Notes: a model not told the origin generated them from the letters alone. A stretch of 64,000 nucleotides of DNA from an uncultured Gammaproteobacteria bacterium (GCA_963729605.1 CAVSNY010000003.1:384001-448000); one strand, 5' to 3'; counted from the stretch's first letter, positions 11,577 to 25,979 are shown. Program-made: numbers and translations.

Positions 11577-11947
11577 AAACGCCTCCCCGCCAGCACGCCC
11601 AGCCACACCGCCGCCAGGCACAGGCTCACGCTCAGCATTACATTCATCAAGGCCTTCACCCACTCGCCTTCCTCGAAGAGCGTGAAGGTCTCCATGGAAA
11701 ACGAGGAGAAGGTGGTGAAGGCGCCCAATACCCCGATCAACAAGGCCGCGCGCCACTCGGGGCTCAGCGCCAAACGTTCGACCAGCAAGACATACAACAC
11801 GCCCATCGCCAGACAGCCTGATACATTCACTACCAAGGTGCCGTAAGGGAAGCCGCGCCCCAGCACGGCGTGCACGCCGTTGGCGACGCCGTAGCGCAAC
11901 AAGGCGCCGAGGGAGCCGCCGACGGCGATCGCTAGAATTTGTTTCAC
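11573..11947 (-). CDS. crcB: Fluoride channel Fluc/CrcB
   Basis: GGSLGALLRY, FPYGTLVVN, GAFTTFSSF; GTG start at 11947. Confidence 0.95.
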
Positions 11948-11992
11948 TCTCGACACCTCGCACGCTAGTGTAATGCTTCGTATAGTCAGGAA

Positions 11993-12132
11993 TCCCCTCC
12001 TTGTACAAGGAGGGGTGCCCCGCAGGGGCGGGGTGGTTGCATGCATTGTGCCCTGAGCTAAGCATGTTCACCGCGCCTTTGCACCCACCACCCCGGCGCT
12101 ATCGCGCCACCCCTCCTCGTTTGAGGAGGGGA
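11993..12132. repeat. Inverted pair of about 45-bp CCCCTCC...GGAGGGG hairpin repeats (11993-12037 and 12087-12132)
   Basis: TCCCCTCCTTGTACAAGGAGGGGTGCCCCGCAGGGGCGGGGTGGT and its inverted copy ACCACCCCGGCGCTATCGCGCCACCCCTCCTCGTTTGAGGAGGGGA; 11994-12015 is a perfect 22-bp palindrome. Confidence 0.8.
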
Positions 12133-12285
12133 GTAATGAAACAATTTGCCCTTTCATCGCAGAGCGAATATTTCATCCGTCGCGAAGCGCTACTAGCCAC
12201 ACAGGGCGCGTAAACACCGATTGAAGAGGGGAATTGCGCTACACAAACTCACCCTGCTTATTTTTTATCTCCGTGTCCTCCGTGG

Positions 12286-13620
12286 TTAAGATTTGCCCTT
12301 GTTTTCATCCAACTCGCGCAACCGCGCCAGCTTCTCGGCGATCTTGATTTCCAGGCCGCGCGGCACGGGATGATAATACACCCGCTCGCCCAGTTCCTCG
12401 GGAAAATAGTGTTCACCGGCGGCGTAGCCCTGCTCTTCGCCGTGCGCGTAGCGATAGCCTTTGCCGTAATCGAGTTGCTTCATCAGCCGGGTCGGCGCAT
12501 TGCGCAGATGCAGCGGCACGTCGAGCGAACCGCTGTTGCGCGCGTCTTCTTTGGCGGCGTTGAAGGCGGCGTACACCGCGTTGCTCTTGGCGGCGCAGGC
12601 GAGATAGACCACGGCCTGGGCAATCGCGAGTTCGCCTTCGGGGCTGCCGAGCCGTTCTTGCACGTCCCAGGCCTCCAGCGCCAGGGTCAGGCCGCGCGGA
12701 TCGGCGTTGCCGATGTCTTCGTTGGCCATGCGCACCACCCGGCGGGCGATGTAGAGCGGATCGCAACCGCCGTCCAGCATGCGCGCCAGCCAGTACAGCG
12801 CGGCGTCGGGCGCCGAGCCGCGCACCGATTTATGCAGGGCCGAGATATGGTCGTAAAAGGCCTCGCCGCCTTTATCGAAACGCCGCAAGGTGCCGCCGGC
12901 CAGCACCTCGTTGAGCAGTTCTTCGCCGATGCCGTGTTCGTCTTTGGCGGCGGCGAGGCCGGCGGCGATTTCGAGATAATTCAGCGCGCGGCGCGCATCG
13001 CCGTCGGCGGCCGCGGCGAGGCGCCGGCGCAAGGCCGCATCCATGGCGATGCCCTGCCCGCCCAAGCCGCGTTCTTCATCCGCCAGCGCGCGGTCGATCA
13101 CGCCGAGCAATTCATCGGCGCTGAGCGAGCGCAGTACATACACCCTCGCGCGCGACAGCAAGGCGTTGTTCAATTCGAACGAGGGATTCTCGGTGGTGGC
13201 GCCGATCAGGGTGAGCGTGCCGTCCTCCACATAAGGAAGAAACGCATCCTGCTGGGATTTATTGAAGCGATGCACCTCATCGACGAACAGGACGGTGGCC
13301 CGGCCCTGTTGCGCGCGCGCCTGCTTGGCCTGCTCCACCGCGGCGCGCACTTCCTTCACGCCGGAGAGCACGGCGGAGAGGCTCAGGAATTGCGCGGCCA
13401 CCCGCCGCGCGATCAAGCGCGCCAGGGTGGTCTTGCCGGTGCCGGGCGGACCCCACAGTATCATCGAATGGATGCGGCCCTGTTCGATGGCGAGCCGCAG
13501 CGGTTTGCCGGGGCCGAGCAGATGGGTCTGGCCGGCGTATTCGTCGAGATCGCGCGGCCGCATGCGGTCGGCCAGGGGCTGGCCGCTGAGATCGGATACC
13601 GCGAAGAGGTCGTCGTTCAA
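12286..13620 (-). CDS. rarA: Replication-associated recombination protein A (MgsA)
   Basis: [50 protein letters not shown]. Confidence 0.96.
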   Translation of the reverse strand: MNDDLFAVSDLSGQPLADRMRPRDLDEYAGQTHLLGPGKPLRLAIEQGRIHSMILWGPPGTGKTTLARLIARRVAAQFLSLSAVLSGVKEVRAAVEQAKQARAQQGRATVLFVDEVHRFNKSQQDAFLPYVEDGTLTLIGATTENPSFELNNALLSRARVYVLRSLSADELLGVIDRALADEERGLGGQGIAMDAALRRRLAAAADGDARRALNYLEIAAGLAAAKDEHGIGEELLNEVLAGGTLRRFDKGGEAFYDHISALHKSVRGSAPDAALYWLARMLDGGCDPLYIARRVVRMANEDIGNADPRGLTLALEAWDVQERLGSPEGELAIAQAVVYLACAAKSNAVYAAFNAAKEDARNSGSLDVPLHLRNAPTRLMKQLDYGKGYRYAHGEEQGYAAGEHYFPEELGERVYYHPVPRGLEIKIAEKLARLRELDENKGKS

Positions 13621-13628
13621 GGCGCGGC

Positions 13629-14255
13629 CTATTCCCCCACCACGTCCACGCCCGGCGGGGGTTTGAAATCGAACAAGGACGGTACCAGTTTGGGATTGCG
13701 TTCCAAGCGCGAGAATTGCAGACGGGTGGTCTGGCCGAAGGTGTCCACCAGTTCCATCACCCGCAGATTGGTTTGGTCGAAAGCGAGGCGGATCCGCTCG
13801 AAGTTGGTGTCTTGCTGTTTAGGGATGAGCTCCACCCACTCGAACCCACCTTGCGCGCCCCGTTCGGTAATGGCGAAACTCTTTTCCAGATTTTCACCCG
13901 AACTCAATAACTGGGCGGGCGTGTTGCCTACCGTCTCGGTGAACGGCTTCACGGTGACCTGTTCCAGTTCGATGTCGTAGATCCAGACTTTTTTCCCGTC
14001 GGCGATGATCAGCTGGTGGTACGGCTCTTTATAATCCCAGCGGAATTTGCCGGGCCGCTGCAAGGCCAGCGTGCCTTGCGCCTGCTCGGTGATATTCATG
14101 CGCTGATCGAGCACGGTTTGCGAAAACTCGCCGCGCAGCGATTGAACATCTTTGAAAAAGGCGTCCAGCCGCTCGCGGCCGCCGGCCTGGGCGACGGAGG
14201 CGGTGAGACACCACAGCGTCAACGCGCCGCATAAATATTTTTGGTATCGCTTCAT
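13629..14255 (-). CDS. lolA: Outer-membrane lipoprotein carrier LolA
   Basis: Signal peptide MKRYQKY..., [33 protein letters not shown]; ftsK-lolA-rarA synteny. Confidence 0.94.
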   Translation of the reverse strand: MKRYQKYLCGALTLWCLTASVAQAGGRERLDAFFKDVQSLRGEFSQTVLDQRMNITEQAQGTLALQRPGKFRWDYKEPYHQLIIADGKKVWIYDIELEQVTVKPFTETVGNTPAQLLSSGENLEKSFAITERGAQGGFEWVELIPKQQDTNFERIRLAFDQTNLRVMELVDTFGQTTRLQFSRLERNPKLVPSLFDFKPPPGVDVVGE

Positions 14256-14312
14256 GGTTTGATGTCGGGTCCTGATCACGCCGTTTCCTTGAGGTTGTAT
14301 GCGGACGGTTCT

Positions 14313-14333
14313 GGTGCGCACGGCGCACCCTAC
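14313..14333 (-). repeat. Single GTAG REP copy
   Basis: GTAGGGTGCGCCGTGCGCACC, identical to the copy at 625-645. Confidence 0.8.
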
Positions 14334-14353
14334 ATGGTTGCGTCGTGCGGGGA

Positions 14354-16664
14354 TCAATCCTCCACCGGCCGCGGCGCCAGCACTTCACGCATGCCGTTGG
14401 ATTGCAGAGGCCCGACCACGCCGGCGGATTCCATTTGCTCGATCATGCGCGCCGCGCGGTTGTAGCCGATTTTCAAACGGCGCTGCACGCCGGAGATGGA
14501 GGCGCGCCGCGATTCGGTGACCAGATTCACGGCCTGATCGTAGAGCGGATCGCTTTCCGCATCGCCGCCGCCGTCTTCCCCGGTGTAACTGCCCGGCGTA
14601 TTGCCGGTCTCGTCGCCGCCGGTGAGAATTTCCTCGAGGTAATTCGGTTCGCCTTGCTTCTTCAAGTGATCGACCACCTTGTGCACCTCGTGGTCGGCGA
14701 CGAAGGCGCCATGCACCCGCACCGGCACGCCGGTGCCGGGGGCGAGGTACAGCATATCGCCGTGACCCAGCAGTTGCTCGGCGCCGGATTGATCGAGGAT
14801 CGTGCGCGAGTCGATGCGCGATGATACTTGAAATCCGATGCGGGTCGGGATGTTGGCCTTGATCAAACCGGTGATGACGTCCACCGACGGCCGCTGGGTG
14901 GCGAGCACCAAATGGATACCGGAGGCGCGCGCCTTCTGCGCCAGGCGCGCGATGAGCTCCTCGACCTTTTTGCCGACCACCATCATCATGTCGGCCAGCT
15001 CGTCGATCACCACCACGATGAACGGCAGATGTTCCAGCAGCGGCGCCTCCTGCCCCTCCGGCACTTTGAGCAGTGGATTTTTCAAGGGCTGCTTGGCCTC
15101 GACCGCGTCGGCCAGTTTACGGTTGTAACCGCCGATGTTGCGCACGCCGAGCGCCGCCATCAGGCGGTAACGGCGGTCCATTTCCGCCACGCACCAGCGC
15201 AAGGCGTTGGCGGCGTCCTTCATGTCGGTGACCACCGGCGCCAGCAGATGCGGGATGTTTTGATACACCGACAGCTCCAGCATCTTGGGATCGATGAGGA
15301 TCATCCGCACGTCCCGCGCCGAGGCCTTGTACAGGATGCTGAGGATCATGGCGTTGATGCCCACCGATTTGCCCGAGCCGGTGGTGCCCGCCACCAGCAG
15401 ATGGGGCATGCGGCCCAGGTCCACCGCCACCGGCTGGCCGCCGATGTCCTTGCCCAGCACCAGGGTGATCGGCGAGGCGGCCTCGTCATATTCCTTGGAC
15501 GACAACAGCTCGCTGAGCCGGACGATTTCGCGGTGTTCGTTGGGCACTTCCAAACCGATCACCGATTTGCCGGGGATCACCTCCACCACCCGCACGCTGA
15601 TGGCGGACAAGGCCCGCGCCAGGTCTTTCGCGAGGTTGGTGATCTGGCTCACTTTGACGCCCGCCGCCGGCTGCAATTCAAAACGGGTGATGACCGGGCC
15701 GGGATGGACCGCCACCACCTGCACCTCGACGCCGAAGTCGGCGAGCTTCAATTCGAGCAGCCGCGACATGGCTTCGAGGGATTCGCGCGAGACACTGACA
15801 CTGGACGGCGCCGGCGGATCGAGCAAGGCCACCGGCGGCAGCGAACCGTCGGCGGATGGCTTGAACAGCGGCATCTGCCGCTCTTTTTCGACCCGCACGC
15901 TGGGCTCGACGGGTTTGATCACCGGCTCGATGCGCACCGGCGGGTGTTCCAGAATTTTCTTTTTCTTCTGTTCGAGGACCACGCTGTGCTCGCGTTCCTG
16001 CCGCGCGCGGCGCCCCGCCCGGTTGTCACGGAATTCCTGCCACTTGTCCTTCAGCCACGCGGCGCCGTTCAAGGTGTGACGGCCGGTGCCGTCCATCACC
16101 GCCACCCACGACAGGCCGGTGAACAAGGTGACGCCGGTGAGAAACAGCGCCAGCAAAAACAGGGCGGCGCCGACGGCGTTGAAGGGCTTGACCAGACCGT
16201 TGGCCACCACGTCGCCCAATATGCCGCCGCCGTTGAGCGGCAGGGACAAGGGATTCATCGCGTACAAAGTAGCTAGCCCCGCACCGGCGGCGATGGTCAG
16301 CGCGAAACCGATGCCGCGCAAACCCACCTCGCGGCCGTTGGAACGGCCTTCTTCACGGCGGCCGCGATAAATCAGCCAGGCCGTGTAGGCCACCATCAGC
16401 GGCACCAGATCAGGCGAGATAACCGAACAGGAACAGGAAGACATCGGCGAACCAGGCCCCCGCCACCCCGCCGATATTGGTGACTTCCTTGCCGCTGCCG
16501 CTGCGCGACCAGCCGGGATCGCCGGGGTTGTAACTCGCGAGGGAGATCAACAGATAAATGGCGATGGCGCCCAGCACGAACAGACCGCCTTCGCGCAGGC
16601 CCCGATTCATGTGATTGGCGATGGCCATCCCCCGTGCGTCCTTCTTCGATATCGTGGATGCCAA
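14354..16664 (-). CDS. ftsK: DNA translocase FtsK with an apparent +1 frameshift at about 16411
   Basis: N-terminal TM part ([22 protein letters not shown]) in ORF 16410-16664; motor domain ([28 protein letters not shown]) in ORF 14354-16444; removing one G in GCC T[G]AT CTG joins them as GYLAYLVP. Confidence 0.93.
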
Positions 16665-16894
16665 AAACTTATCCTACTGTCTAAATTCCATTGCCAACTA
16701 TTTTTTCGGCAAGCCATTTTAATGAATCCGGCCAGCGGATTGGAAGCCCGCGGCAAAACCACCGGAAATCCGGCCGCTCTCTTTACCCGACCTGCCGGTT
16801 TGCGTAACATGGCCGGCCACTCGTTGCACTCGGTCGTCGTCGATGGCCGCGGCTCGGCTTGAAAGCCATCCGCCCCGGACCCATCCTCAATTAA

Positions 16895-17866
<972 letters not shown>

Positions 17867-17876
17867 ATAAAAATTT

Positions 17877-17936
17877 AACCGCCAAGGCGCCGAGATTTTT
17901 AATCATAAAAAAGATTTTTTGGCGTACTTGGCGGTT
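17877..17936. repeat. Inverted-repeat element between convergent trxB and tatD (possible bidirectional terminator)
   Basis: AACCGCCAAGGCGCCGAGA...TTTTTGGCGTACTTGGCGGTT with an AT-rich loop. Confidence 0.65.
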
Positions 17937-17973
17937 CGTCTGAGTTTGGATTGCTAAATCCCGTCCCGACCTT

Positions 17974-18762
17974 TCAACGCGCCGCGTCTTTAAATAAGCG
18001 GAAAAAATTAGCGCTGGTGATGTCGGCGATGGTCTCCAGCGACTCTCCCCGCAGTTCGGCGATGAATTCCGCGACGTGATGCACGTAGGCCGGTTGATTG
18101 GTTTTACCGCGATGCGGCACCGGCGCGAGATAAGGTGAATCGGTTTCCACCAGCATGCGCTCAAGGGGAACCCGGCGGGCGACCTCGCGCAGCGCGTCGG
18201 CGGTGCGGAAGGTGACGATGCCGGAAAAAGAAATATAAAAATTCAATTCGAGGGCGCGTTCGGCCATCGGCCAGTCTTCGGTAAAACAATGCATCACGCC
18301 GCCGGGTTGTGCGGCGCCCTCTTCTTCCATGATGCGCAGGGTGTCGGCCTTGGCGTCGCGGGTGTGGATGATGAGGGGCTTGCCGCATTGGCACGCGGCG
18401 CGAATGTGGCGGCGGAAGCGGTCGCGCTGCCACTCCAGTTCGCCTTTGGCGTAAAAATAATCGAGACCGGTCTCGCCGATGGCGACGATCCGCGGGTCGT
18501 CGGCCAAGGCCAGCAGTTCTTCCACCGTGGGTTCGCGACCGTCTTTGGCGGTGGGATGGACGCCGACCGAGGCATAGATATTGGAATACCGGTGGGCCAA
18601 CGCTTTGACCGCGGTGACATTGCCCATATCGATGCATACGCACAACATATGCGTGATGCCCTGTTCCGCCGCGCCGGCGAGCACGCTGTCGAGATCGCCG
18701 CCGAGCTTCTCCAGGTCGAGCCGGTCCAAATGGCAATGGGAATCCACCAGTGCAATGCTCAT
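17974..18762 (-). CDS. TatD-family hydrolase (YcfH type)
   Basis: DSHCHLD, GVHP, IGETGLDY, IHTR, HCF, LVETDSPYLAP. Confidence 0.94.
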   Translation of the reverse strand: MSIALVDSHCHLDRLDLEKLGGDLDSVLAGAAEQGITHMLCVCIDMGNVTAVKALAHRYSNIYASVGVHPTAKDGREPTVEELLALADDPRIVAIGETGLDYFYAKGELEWQRDRFRRHIRAACQCGKPLIIHTRDAKADTLRIMEEEGAAQPGGVMHCFTEDWPMAERALELNFYISFSGIVTFRTADALREVARRVPLERMLVETDSPYLAPVPHRGKTNQPAYVHHVAEFIAELRGESLETIADITSANFFRLFKDAAR

Positions 18763-18805
18763 GGGTCTCGCTTCGTGATGTGAAGGCCGCGGTCGGCGGC
18801 GGGGC

Positions 18806-19180
18806 TTACATTGTATGCGTCGGCCGGTCGGATTTTAAGGCGCCCGCCAGATAGGTTTCGATTTTATTGCGAAGATCCTTGCCGCTCTGGTCGTCGCCGA
18901 GTTGCACGCCGATGCCGGTCGAGCGGTTGCCCTGCGCCCCTTTCGGCGTGATCCATACCACCTTGCCTGAAAAAGGGATCTTCTCCTTTTCTTCCATGAG
19001 CGTGAGCAGGACGAAGACCTCGTTGCCGAGGGCGTAGGTCTTTTTGGTGGGGATGAACAGGCCGCCGTTTTTCACGAACGGCATATAGGCGTCATAGAGG
19101 GCTTGTTTGTCGGTGATGCTGAGCGAGAGGATGCTTTGCCGGCTGCCCGCTTTAGGTCCTTTGGCTGCGTTGTCTTCCAT
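18806..19180 (-). CDS. pilZ: Type IV pilus assembly PilZ
   Basis: LYDAYMPFVKNGGLFIPT, KVVWITP, RPTHTM; follows holB. Confidence 0.93.
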   Translation of the reverse strand: MEDNAAKGPKAGSRQSILSLSITDKQALYDAYMPFVKNGGLFIPTKKTYALGNEVFVLLTLMEEKEKIPFSGKVVWITPKGAQGNRSTGIGVQLGDDQSGKDLRNKIETYLAGALKSDRPTHTM

Positions 19181-19215
19181 TTTATCCTTGATCCGCAGTA
19201 TGCCTGGTGGGTCGA

Positions 19216-20843
<1,628 letters not shown>

Positions 20844-21899
20844 TTAATTATTTTTTTCTTTATCCGGAGTGGTCGCGCGCGGCGTCAATTGATAACGCCT
20901 GACCGCCGCGTTATGTTCGTCGAGCGTCACCGAAAAACTATGGCTGCCGTCGCCCTTCGACACGAAAAACAAGGTATCGCCCGCCGCGGGGTGCAAGGCC
21001 GCGCGGATCGACGCCAGGCCCGGCAGGGCGATCGGGGTGGGCGGCAGTCCGCTGTAAAGATAGGTGTTGTAAGGCGAGTCACTGCTTAAATCAGCGCGGC
21101 GCAGATTGCCGTCGAAGGCAGCGCCCAGGCCGTAAATCACGGTGGGGTCGGTCTGCAAGCGCATGCCGGCCAATAAACGGCGCACAAATACCCCGGCGAT
21201 CTGGGTCCGCTCCTCGGGCACGCCGGTCTCTTTTTCTATGATAGACGCCAAAATCAAGGCTTGATAGGGCGAACGCAGCGGAAGCGCCGGGTCGCGCTTG
21301 GGCCACTCCTCGTTGAGACGGTCGCGCATGGTTTTATAGGCGCGCCGCAAAAAGGCCACATCGCTGATCCCGCGCGGAAAGTGATAGGTCTCGGGCATGA
21401 ACATGCCCTCGGGGTGTTGGTCCGGGTATCCCAAGCGGGTCATGATTTCCTCGTTGGACGCCCCATCCAAAGTCTGGAGTATCGCCTCGTGCCGCCGCAC
21501 GGCGTCCAGTAACTGGGCGAAGGTCCAGCCTTCGACGATGGTCAGGGTATGCTGGATCACGGAGCCGCTCACCACCATGTCCAACACCTGGGACGGTGTG
21601 ATCCCCGCCGGCAATACGTATTCACCGGCCTTGATCAAACCGGCCTTGCCCTGCCAGCGGGCCATCCAACGCAAATAGAAAGGATGATCCATGATCCCGG
21701 CCTGCTGGAGACCTTCGGCCAGGCCTTTCATGCTGGTCCCCGGCGTGATGATGAGATGGTGCCCTTCCAGGGGAATCGGCAGGGGATTGTTGGCAAACGC
21801 CTTGTAATCCATGATCAACCAACCGCCAAGCAAACTTCCAATTAATACAAAGAATCCTAATAGCTTAAAGAAGGTATTGGCTAATTTACTTGATCTCAT
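20844..21899 (-). CDS. mltG: Endolytic transglycosylase MltG (YceG)
   Basis: LILASIIEKET, RLQTDPTVIYG, SPYNTY, GLPPTPI. Confidence 0.96.
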   Translation of the reverse strand: MRSSKLANTFFKLLGFFVLIGSLLGGWLIMDYKAFANNPLPIPLEGHHLIITPGTSMKGLAEGLQQAGIMDHPFYLRWMARWQGKAGLIKAGEYVLPAGITPSQVLDMVVSGSVIQHTLTIVEGWTFAQLLDAVRRHEAILQTLDGASNEEIMTRLGYPDQHPEGMFMPETYHFPRGISDVAFLRRAYKTMRDRLNEEWPKRDPALPLRSPYQALILASIIEKETGVPEERTQIAGVFVRRLLAGMRLQTDPTVIYGLGAAFDGNLRRADLSSDSPYNTYLYSGLPPTPIALPGLASIRAALHPAAGDTLFFVSKGDGSHSFSVTLDEHNAAVRRYQLTPRATTPDKEKNN

Positions 21900-22768
21900 G
21901 CGCCCGTTGCTTTCGGTTGATCCTCATCCGCGAATGGTAAAACCAGGGCCACCGCCCGGGCCACTTGACGGGTGACGGGACCGTGGGGAAACGACCAGTG
22001 CCCGAGACGGCGCAGCGGCCAGACGCCGATCACCGCGTTACAGACGAAGACCTCTTCCGATCGCGCCAATTCCGCCCAAGGCAAAACCCGTTCCTCCGCC
22101 GTCAAACCCCACGCCGCCGCCTCATCGAGGATGAGGCCCCGCATCACCCCGGCCACGCCGCATTGATCCACCGGCGGGGTGAGCAAACGTCCCTCGCGCA
22201 CCACGAAGACATTACTCTGAGTGCCTTCCACCACATTGCCCATTTGATCACACATCAAACCTTCGGCGATGTCGGGATCATACCATTCACGCCGGGCCAT
22301 GACCTGCTCCAAGCGATTGAGATGTTTGATCCCCGCCAAGACCGGATTGGCCGCGAGGCGGATGTCGCACAGCCGGGCGGTGATGCCTTCCCGCCAAGCG
22401 TGGTCGGGATAAGCGGGCCACGGTGAACACATCAATATCCGAGTGGCCGGCCCGGCCTCGGCATCGCGCGGCGGCCGGTAACCGCGCCCGCCTTCGCCGC
22501 GGGTGACGATGAGTTTGAGTATCCCCCGCTCGCGGCCCCGGCTGAACGCAGTTATTTCTTCTTCCAATTGCCGGCCGTCGAGTCCCGCGATACCCAATCG
22601 TTCGCAACCCGCCAGCAATCGCCGCCGGTGGCGGGTCCACAACGGCACCTGGCCCGCGTGGATCGCCATGGTCTCGAACACGCCGTCGCCGTAGTGCAGC
22701 CCGCGGTCGGCCACGGCGAGATGAGTTTGGGGACGGCCGTTGACCCAGATCGCGGTCTCGTCCGCCAT
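21896..22768 (-). CDS. pabC: Aminodeoxychorismate lyase
   Basis: DRGLHYGDGVFET, GIKHLNRLEQV, GVAGVMR; start MADETAIW at 22768. Confidence 0.93.
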   Translation of the reverse strand: MADETAIWVNGRPQTHLAVADRGLHYGDGVFETMAIHAGQVPLWTRHRRRLLAGCERLGIAGLDGRQLEEEITAFSRGRERGILKLIVTRGEGGRGYRPPRDAEAGPATRILMCSPWPAYPDHAWREGITARLCDIRLAANPVLAGIKHLNRLEQVMARREWYDPDIAEGLMCDQMGNVVEGTQSNVFVVREGRLLTPPVDQCGVAGVMRGLILDEAAAWGLTAEERVLPWAELARSEEVFVCNAVIGVWPLRRLGHWSFPHGPVTRQVARAVALVLPFADEDQPKATGA

Positions 22769-24159
22769 CAGTCCGCCGCCCCCAGGGCCAAGAGTAAACC
22801 ACGCGCCTTGGCGCGGGTCTCCGCCAATTCGGCCTCGGGTTCGGAGTCGGCGACGATGCCCGCCCCGGCGCGGAAGCCGACCCGCGAGCCTTCCATGACC
22901 AGGGTCCGGATCAGGATATTGAAATCGAGGCTGCCGTCGCGGTTGAGATACCCCATGGCGCCGGTGTAAGGCCCGCGCGGCCCGCCCTCCAGTTCGGCGA
23001 TGATTTCCATGCAGCGCACCTTGGGGCAGCCGGTGATGGTGCCGCCGGGGAACACCGCGCGGATCACCTCGCCCGGCGTCACCTCGGGCCGTTTGACGCC
23101 CCGCACGTTGGACACAATGTGATGGACGTGGGCGTAGGATTCGAGCCCCATCAACTCGTCCACCCGCACGCTGCCCGGCACGCAGACCCGGCCCAGGTCG
23201 TTGCGTTCGAGGTCGATGAGCATGACGTGTTCGGCCCGTTCCTTGGGATGGGCCAGCAACTCGCGCGAATAATCCAGGTCGCGCGCCAGTTCGCCGCTGC
23301 GCGGGCGCGTGCCGGCGATGGGGCGGGTCTCCACCACGTCGCCCGCCACGCGCACCAGCCGTTCCGGCGAGGAACTGACGATGGCGGATCGCCCCCACGT
23401 GGCCAGGCCGGCGAAAGGCGCGGGGTTTCGCCGGCGCAAGGCGGCGTATACCTCGTCGGCGCGCGCCGCGGCGTCGAGTTCCGCCCGCCAGGCCCGCGAC
23501 AGATTCACTTGAAACACGTCGCCGTCGAGCACGTAGTGTTTGATGCGGGCCACCGCGTCGAGAAATTGGTGCGGCGGGTCTTCGCTGAGGCTGAGCAAAC
23601 GCGGCGGCTCCGCTTCGGCATGTTCTTTCAGCCCGGCCATATCCCGCGCCATCAGCTCCAGCAATTCCGCCTCGCCCGCCTCCGCCACCAGATAGATTTC
23701 GCGGCTGGTGTGGTCGCGGATCACCGCTGCGGGAATCCGCGTGAAAAAGGCGGTGGGCAGGGCGCCGCGCGTAGCCGGCAAATGCAGGCGCGGTTCGATT
23801 TGGGCGGCGAGTTCATAACCGAGATAAACGAACCAGCCGCCCCGAAACGGCAAGGCGCCCTCACCCGCCGCCGGCAGACGGGCCGCGCGCCATTGATTGT
23901 CGAGCGCCGTGCAGAAATCCCCCGCGCCGCTCAAGGCCGCCGCTTCCAGGCTCAGCGTTTCGCCGGGAAACGCGAACAAAATATCGTAACGGGAATGCGG
24001 CGTACCGTGGGCCACGCTCTCCAGCAAATGGGGATACCGCCGCGGTGAGGCGCGGTGCAACGCCAGCAGGTCGTCGTAACGGGAAAGGCGTTTGACCAGC
24101 ACGCCGCCGTTGCGGCGCGCTGCATGCAGTTGAAAAGAGATTATGGCCGAGTCCGACAC
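22768..24159 (-). CDS. pabB: Aminodeoxychorismate synthase component I (start uncertain, possibly GTG at 24102)
   Basis: LLES, FQVNLSR, SSSPERL, RPIAGT, KERAEHVMLIDLERNDL, FPGGTITGCPK; adjacent to pabC. Confidence 0.85.
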   Translation of the reverse strand: MSDSAIISFQLHAARRNGGVLVKRLSRYDDLLALHRASPRRYPHLLESVAHGTPHSRYDILFAFPGETLSLEAAALSGAGDFCTALDNQWRAARLPAAGEGALPFRGGWFVYLGYELAAQIEPRLHLPATRGALPTAFFTRIPAAVIRDHTSREIYLVAEAGEAELLELMARDMAGLKEHAEAEPPRLLSLSEDPPHQFLDAVARIKHYVLDGDVFQVNLSRAWRAELDAAARADEVYAALRRRNPAPFAGLATWGRSAIVSSSPERLVRVAGDVVETRPIAGTRPRSGELARDLDYSRELLAHPKERAEHVMLIDLERNDLGRVCVPGSVRVDELMGLESYAHVHHIVSNVRGVKRPEVTPGEVIRAVFPGGTITGCPKVRCMEIIAELEGGPRGPYTGAMGYLNRDGSLDFNILIRTLVMEGSRVGFRAGAGIVADSEPEAELAETRAKARGLLLALGAAD

Positions 24160-24192
24160 ATCAGGCGCCGCCGCGACGTCGGTCTAAGGCGC

Positions 24193-25437
24193 TCACTTGA
24201 GCCTGCGGAACACCAGCGTGCCGTTGGTGCCGCCGAAACCGAAGGAGTTGGAGATGGCCACGTCGATCTTCATCGAACGCGCCTCGTTGGGCACATAGTC
24301 GAGGTCGCAATCGGGATCGGCCGTGAACTGGTTGATGGTGGGCGGCGCCACCTGGTCGCGGATGGCGAGCACGCTGTAAATCGCCTCGATGCCGCCGGCC
24401 GCGCCGAGCAGATGGCCGGTCATGGATTTGGTGGAGCTCATCGCCAAACGCCGGGCGTGATCGCCGAACGCGGTCTTCACCGCCGCGGTTTCCGCCTTGT
24501 CGCCGACCGGCGTGGAGGTGCCGTGGGCGTTGATGTAATCCACTTCATCGGCGTTGACGCCGCCGTTGCGCAGGGCGTTGACCATGCAGCGGCGCGCGCC
24601 GTCGCCGCCTTCCGAGGGCTGGGTCATGTGATAGGCGTCGCCGCTCATGCCGAAACCGCTCAGCTCGGCGTAAATTTTCGCGCCGCGGCGTTTGGCGTGT
24701 TCGTATTCTTCCACCACCACCACCCCGGCGCCGTCGCTCATCACGAAGCCGTCGCGGTCGAGATCGAAGGGGCGGCTGGCGGTCGCGGGGTCGTCGTTGC
24801 GGGTGGAGAGCGCCCGCGCCGCGGCGAAGCCCGCCAGCCCGCTGGGCGAGGTGGCCATCTCGGCGCCGCCGGCGATCATCACGTCGGCGTCGCCGTATTC
24901 GATGATGCGCCCCGCCTCGCCGATGCTATGGGTACCGGTGGTGCAGGCGGTGACGTAGGCGATGTTGGGACCCTTCAAACCATACAGGATCGACAGATTG
25001 CCCGAGATCATATTGATGATGTTGCTGGGAATGAAGAACGGCGAGACCTTGCGCGGACCGCCGTCCAGCACGGCCTTGTAGCCCTTTTCGATGCCGGGCA
25101 GGCCGCCGATGCCGGAACCGATGGCGACGCCGATGCGCTCGGCGTTGGCCTCGGTCACTTCCAGGCCCGAATCCTTGATGGCCTCCATGCCGGCCGCGAT
25201 GCCGTAGTGGATGAAGGGGTCCATCCGCCGCGATTCCTTGGGCGGCAGGTAATCATCGACATTGAAACCCCACACCGAACCGCCGATGCGCGAGGCATAG
25301 TCGGACACGTCAAAATGGGCAATGGCGCGTATGCCGCTTTTGCCGGCGAGGATGTTCGCCCAATTTTCCTGGACGCTGAGACCCAAAGGACTGACCATTC
25401 CAAGTCCGGTGATGACGACGCGTCTTTTATTACCCAC
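24193..25437 (-). CDS. fabF: 3-oxoacyl-ACP synthase II
   Basis: [44 protein letters not shown]. Confidence 0.97.
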   Translation of the reverse strand: MGNKRRVVITGLGMVSPLGLSVQENWANILAGKSGIRAIAHFDVSDYASRIGGSVWGFNVDDYLPPKESRRMDPFIHYGIAAGMEAIKDSGLEVTEANAERIGVAIGSGIGGLPGIEKGYKAVLDGGPRKVSPFFIPSNIINMISGNLSILYGLKGPNIAYVTACTTGTHSIGEAGRIIEYGDADVMIAGGAEMATSPSGLAGFAAARALSTRNDDPATASRPFDLDRDGFVMSDGAGVVVVEEYEHAKRRGAKIYAELSGFGMSGDAYHMTQPSEGGDGARRCMVNALRNGGVNADEVDYINAHGTSTPVGDKAETAAVKTAFGDHARRLAMSSTKSMTGHLLGAAGGIEAIYSVLAIRDQVAPPTINQFTADPDCDLDYVPNEARSMKIDVAISNSFGFGGTNGTLVFRRLK

Positions 25438-25569
25438 CTTGCTGCTTAGCTCCCCTTAGCGTGCTTATTTCACAGGCCGCGGCTACACACTCACCGGGCG
25501 CGGCACACCCACTTACAGAAGGCCACTGGAAGCGCGCGCGCCCGCCGCGGCCTTCTTTAAGTCGGTGAG

Positions 25570-25806
25570 TTATCCCAAACGAGAATTGACGTAATTGATG
25601 GCTTGTTGAACCGTTGTAATCTTCTCGGCTTCCTCATCGGGAATTTCGCACTCGAACTCTTCCTCGAGCGCCATCACCAGCTCGACGGTATCGAGCGAGT
25701 CAGCGCCAAGATCGTCGACAAAGGAGGATTCATTGCTCACTTCTTCCTCTTTTACCCCCAGTTGTTCGATAACGATTTTTTTGACGCGTTCTTCCACGGT
25801 GCTCAT
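25570..25806 (-). CDS. acpP: Acyl carrier protein
   Basis: [11 protein letters not shown]...[20 protein letters not shown]. Confidence 0.98.
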   Translation of the reverse strand: MSTVEERVKKIVIEQLGVKEEEVSNESSFVDDLGADSLDTVELVMALEEEFECEIPDEEAEKITTVQQAINYVNSRLG

Positions 25807-25979
25807 GATAAACAGTTCCTCCAAAGAATAATGCGCAGGTTAAAACTGCGGACGGTATTGTATTGGAATCCTTCCGGCGATGCCAGACAAAACTCCCCAT
25901 GTCGACGGCACGGTTTTCCCCACACCGCCGTCTCGAAAAATGTCGTTATTTCAAAGCACAGGCCCGACACTTGATCTTT

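Noticed and set aside
11948-12060. Fluoride riboswitch upstream of crcB
   Set aside because: No GGCGATGG...TGATG-type consensus was found; the region is occupied by hairpin repeats.
21896-23398. 500-aa PabC; similar over-long calls for rpsF, cydB, coxE, DUF190, yceD and the RAPP leader
   Set aside because: The upstream extensions are open frames overlapping neighbouring genes or intergenic DNA; family homology starts at internal start codons.
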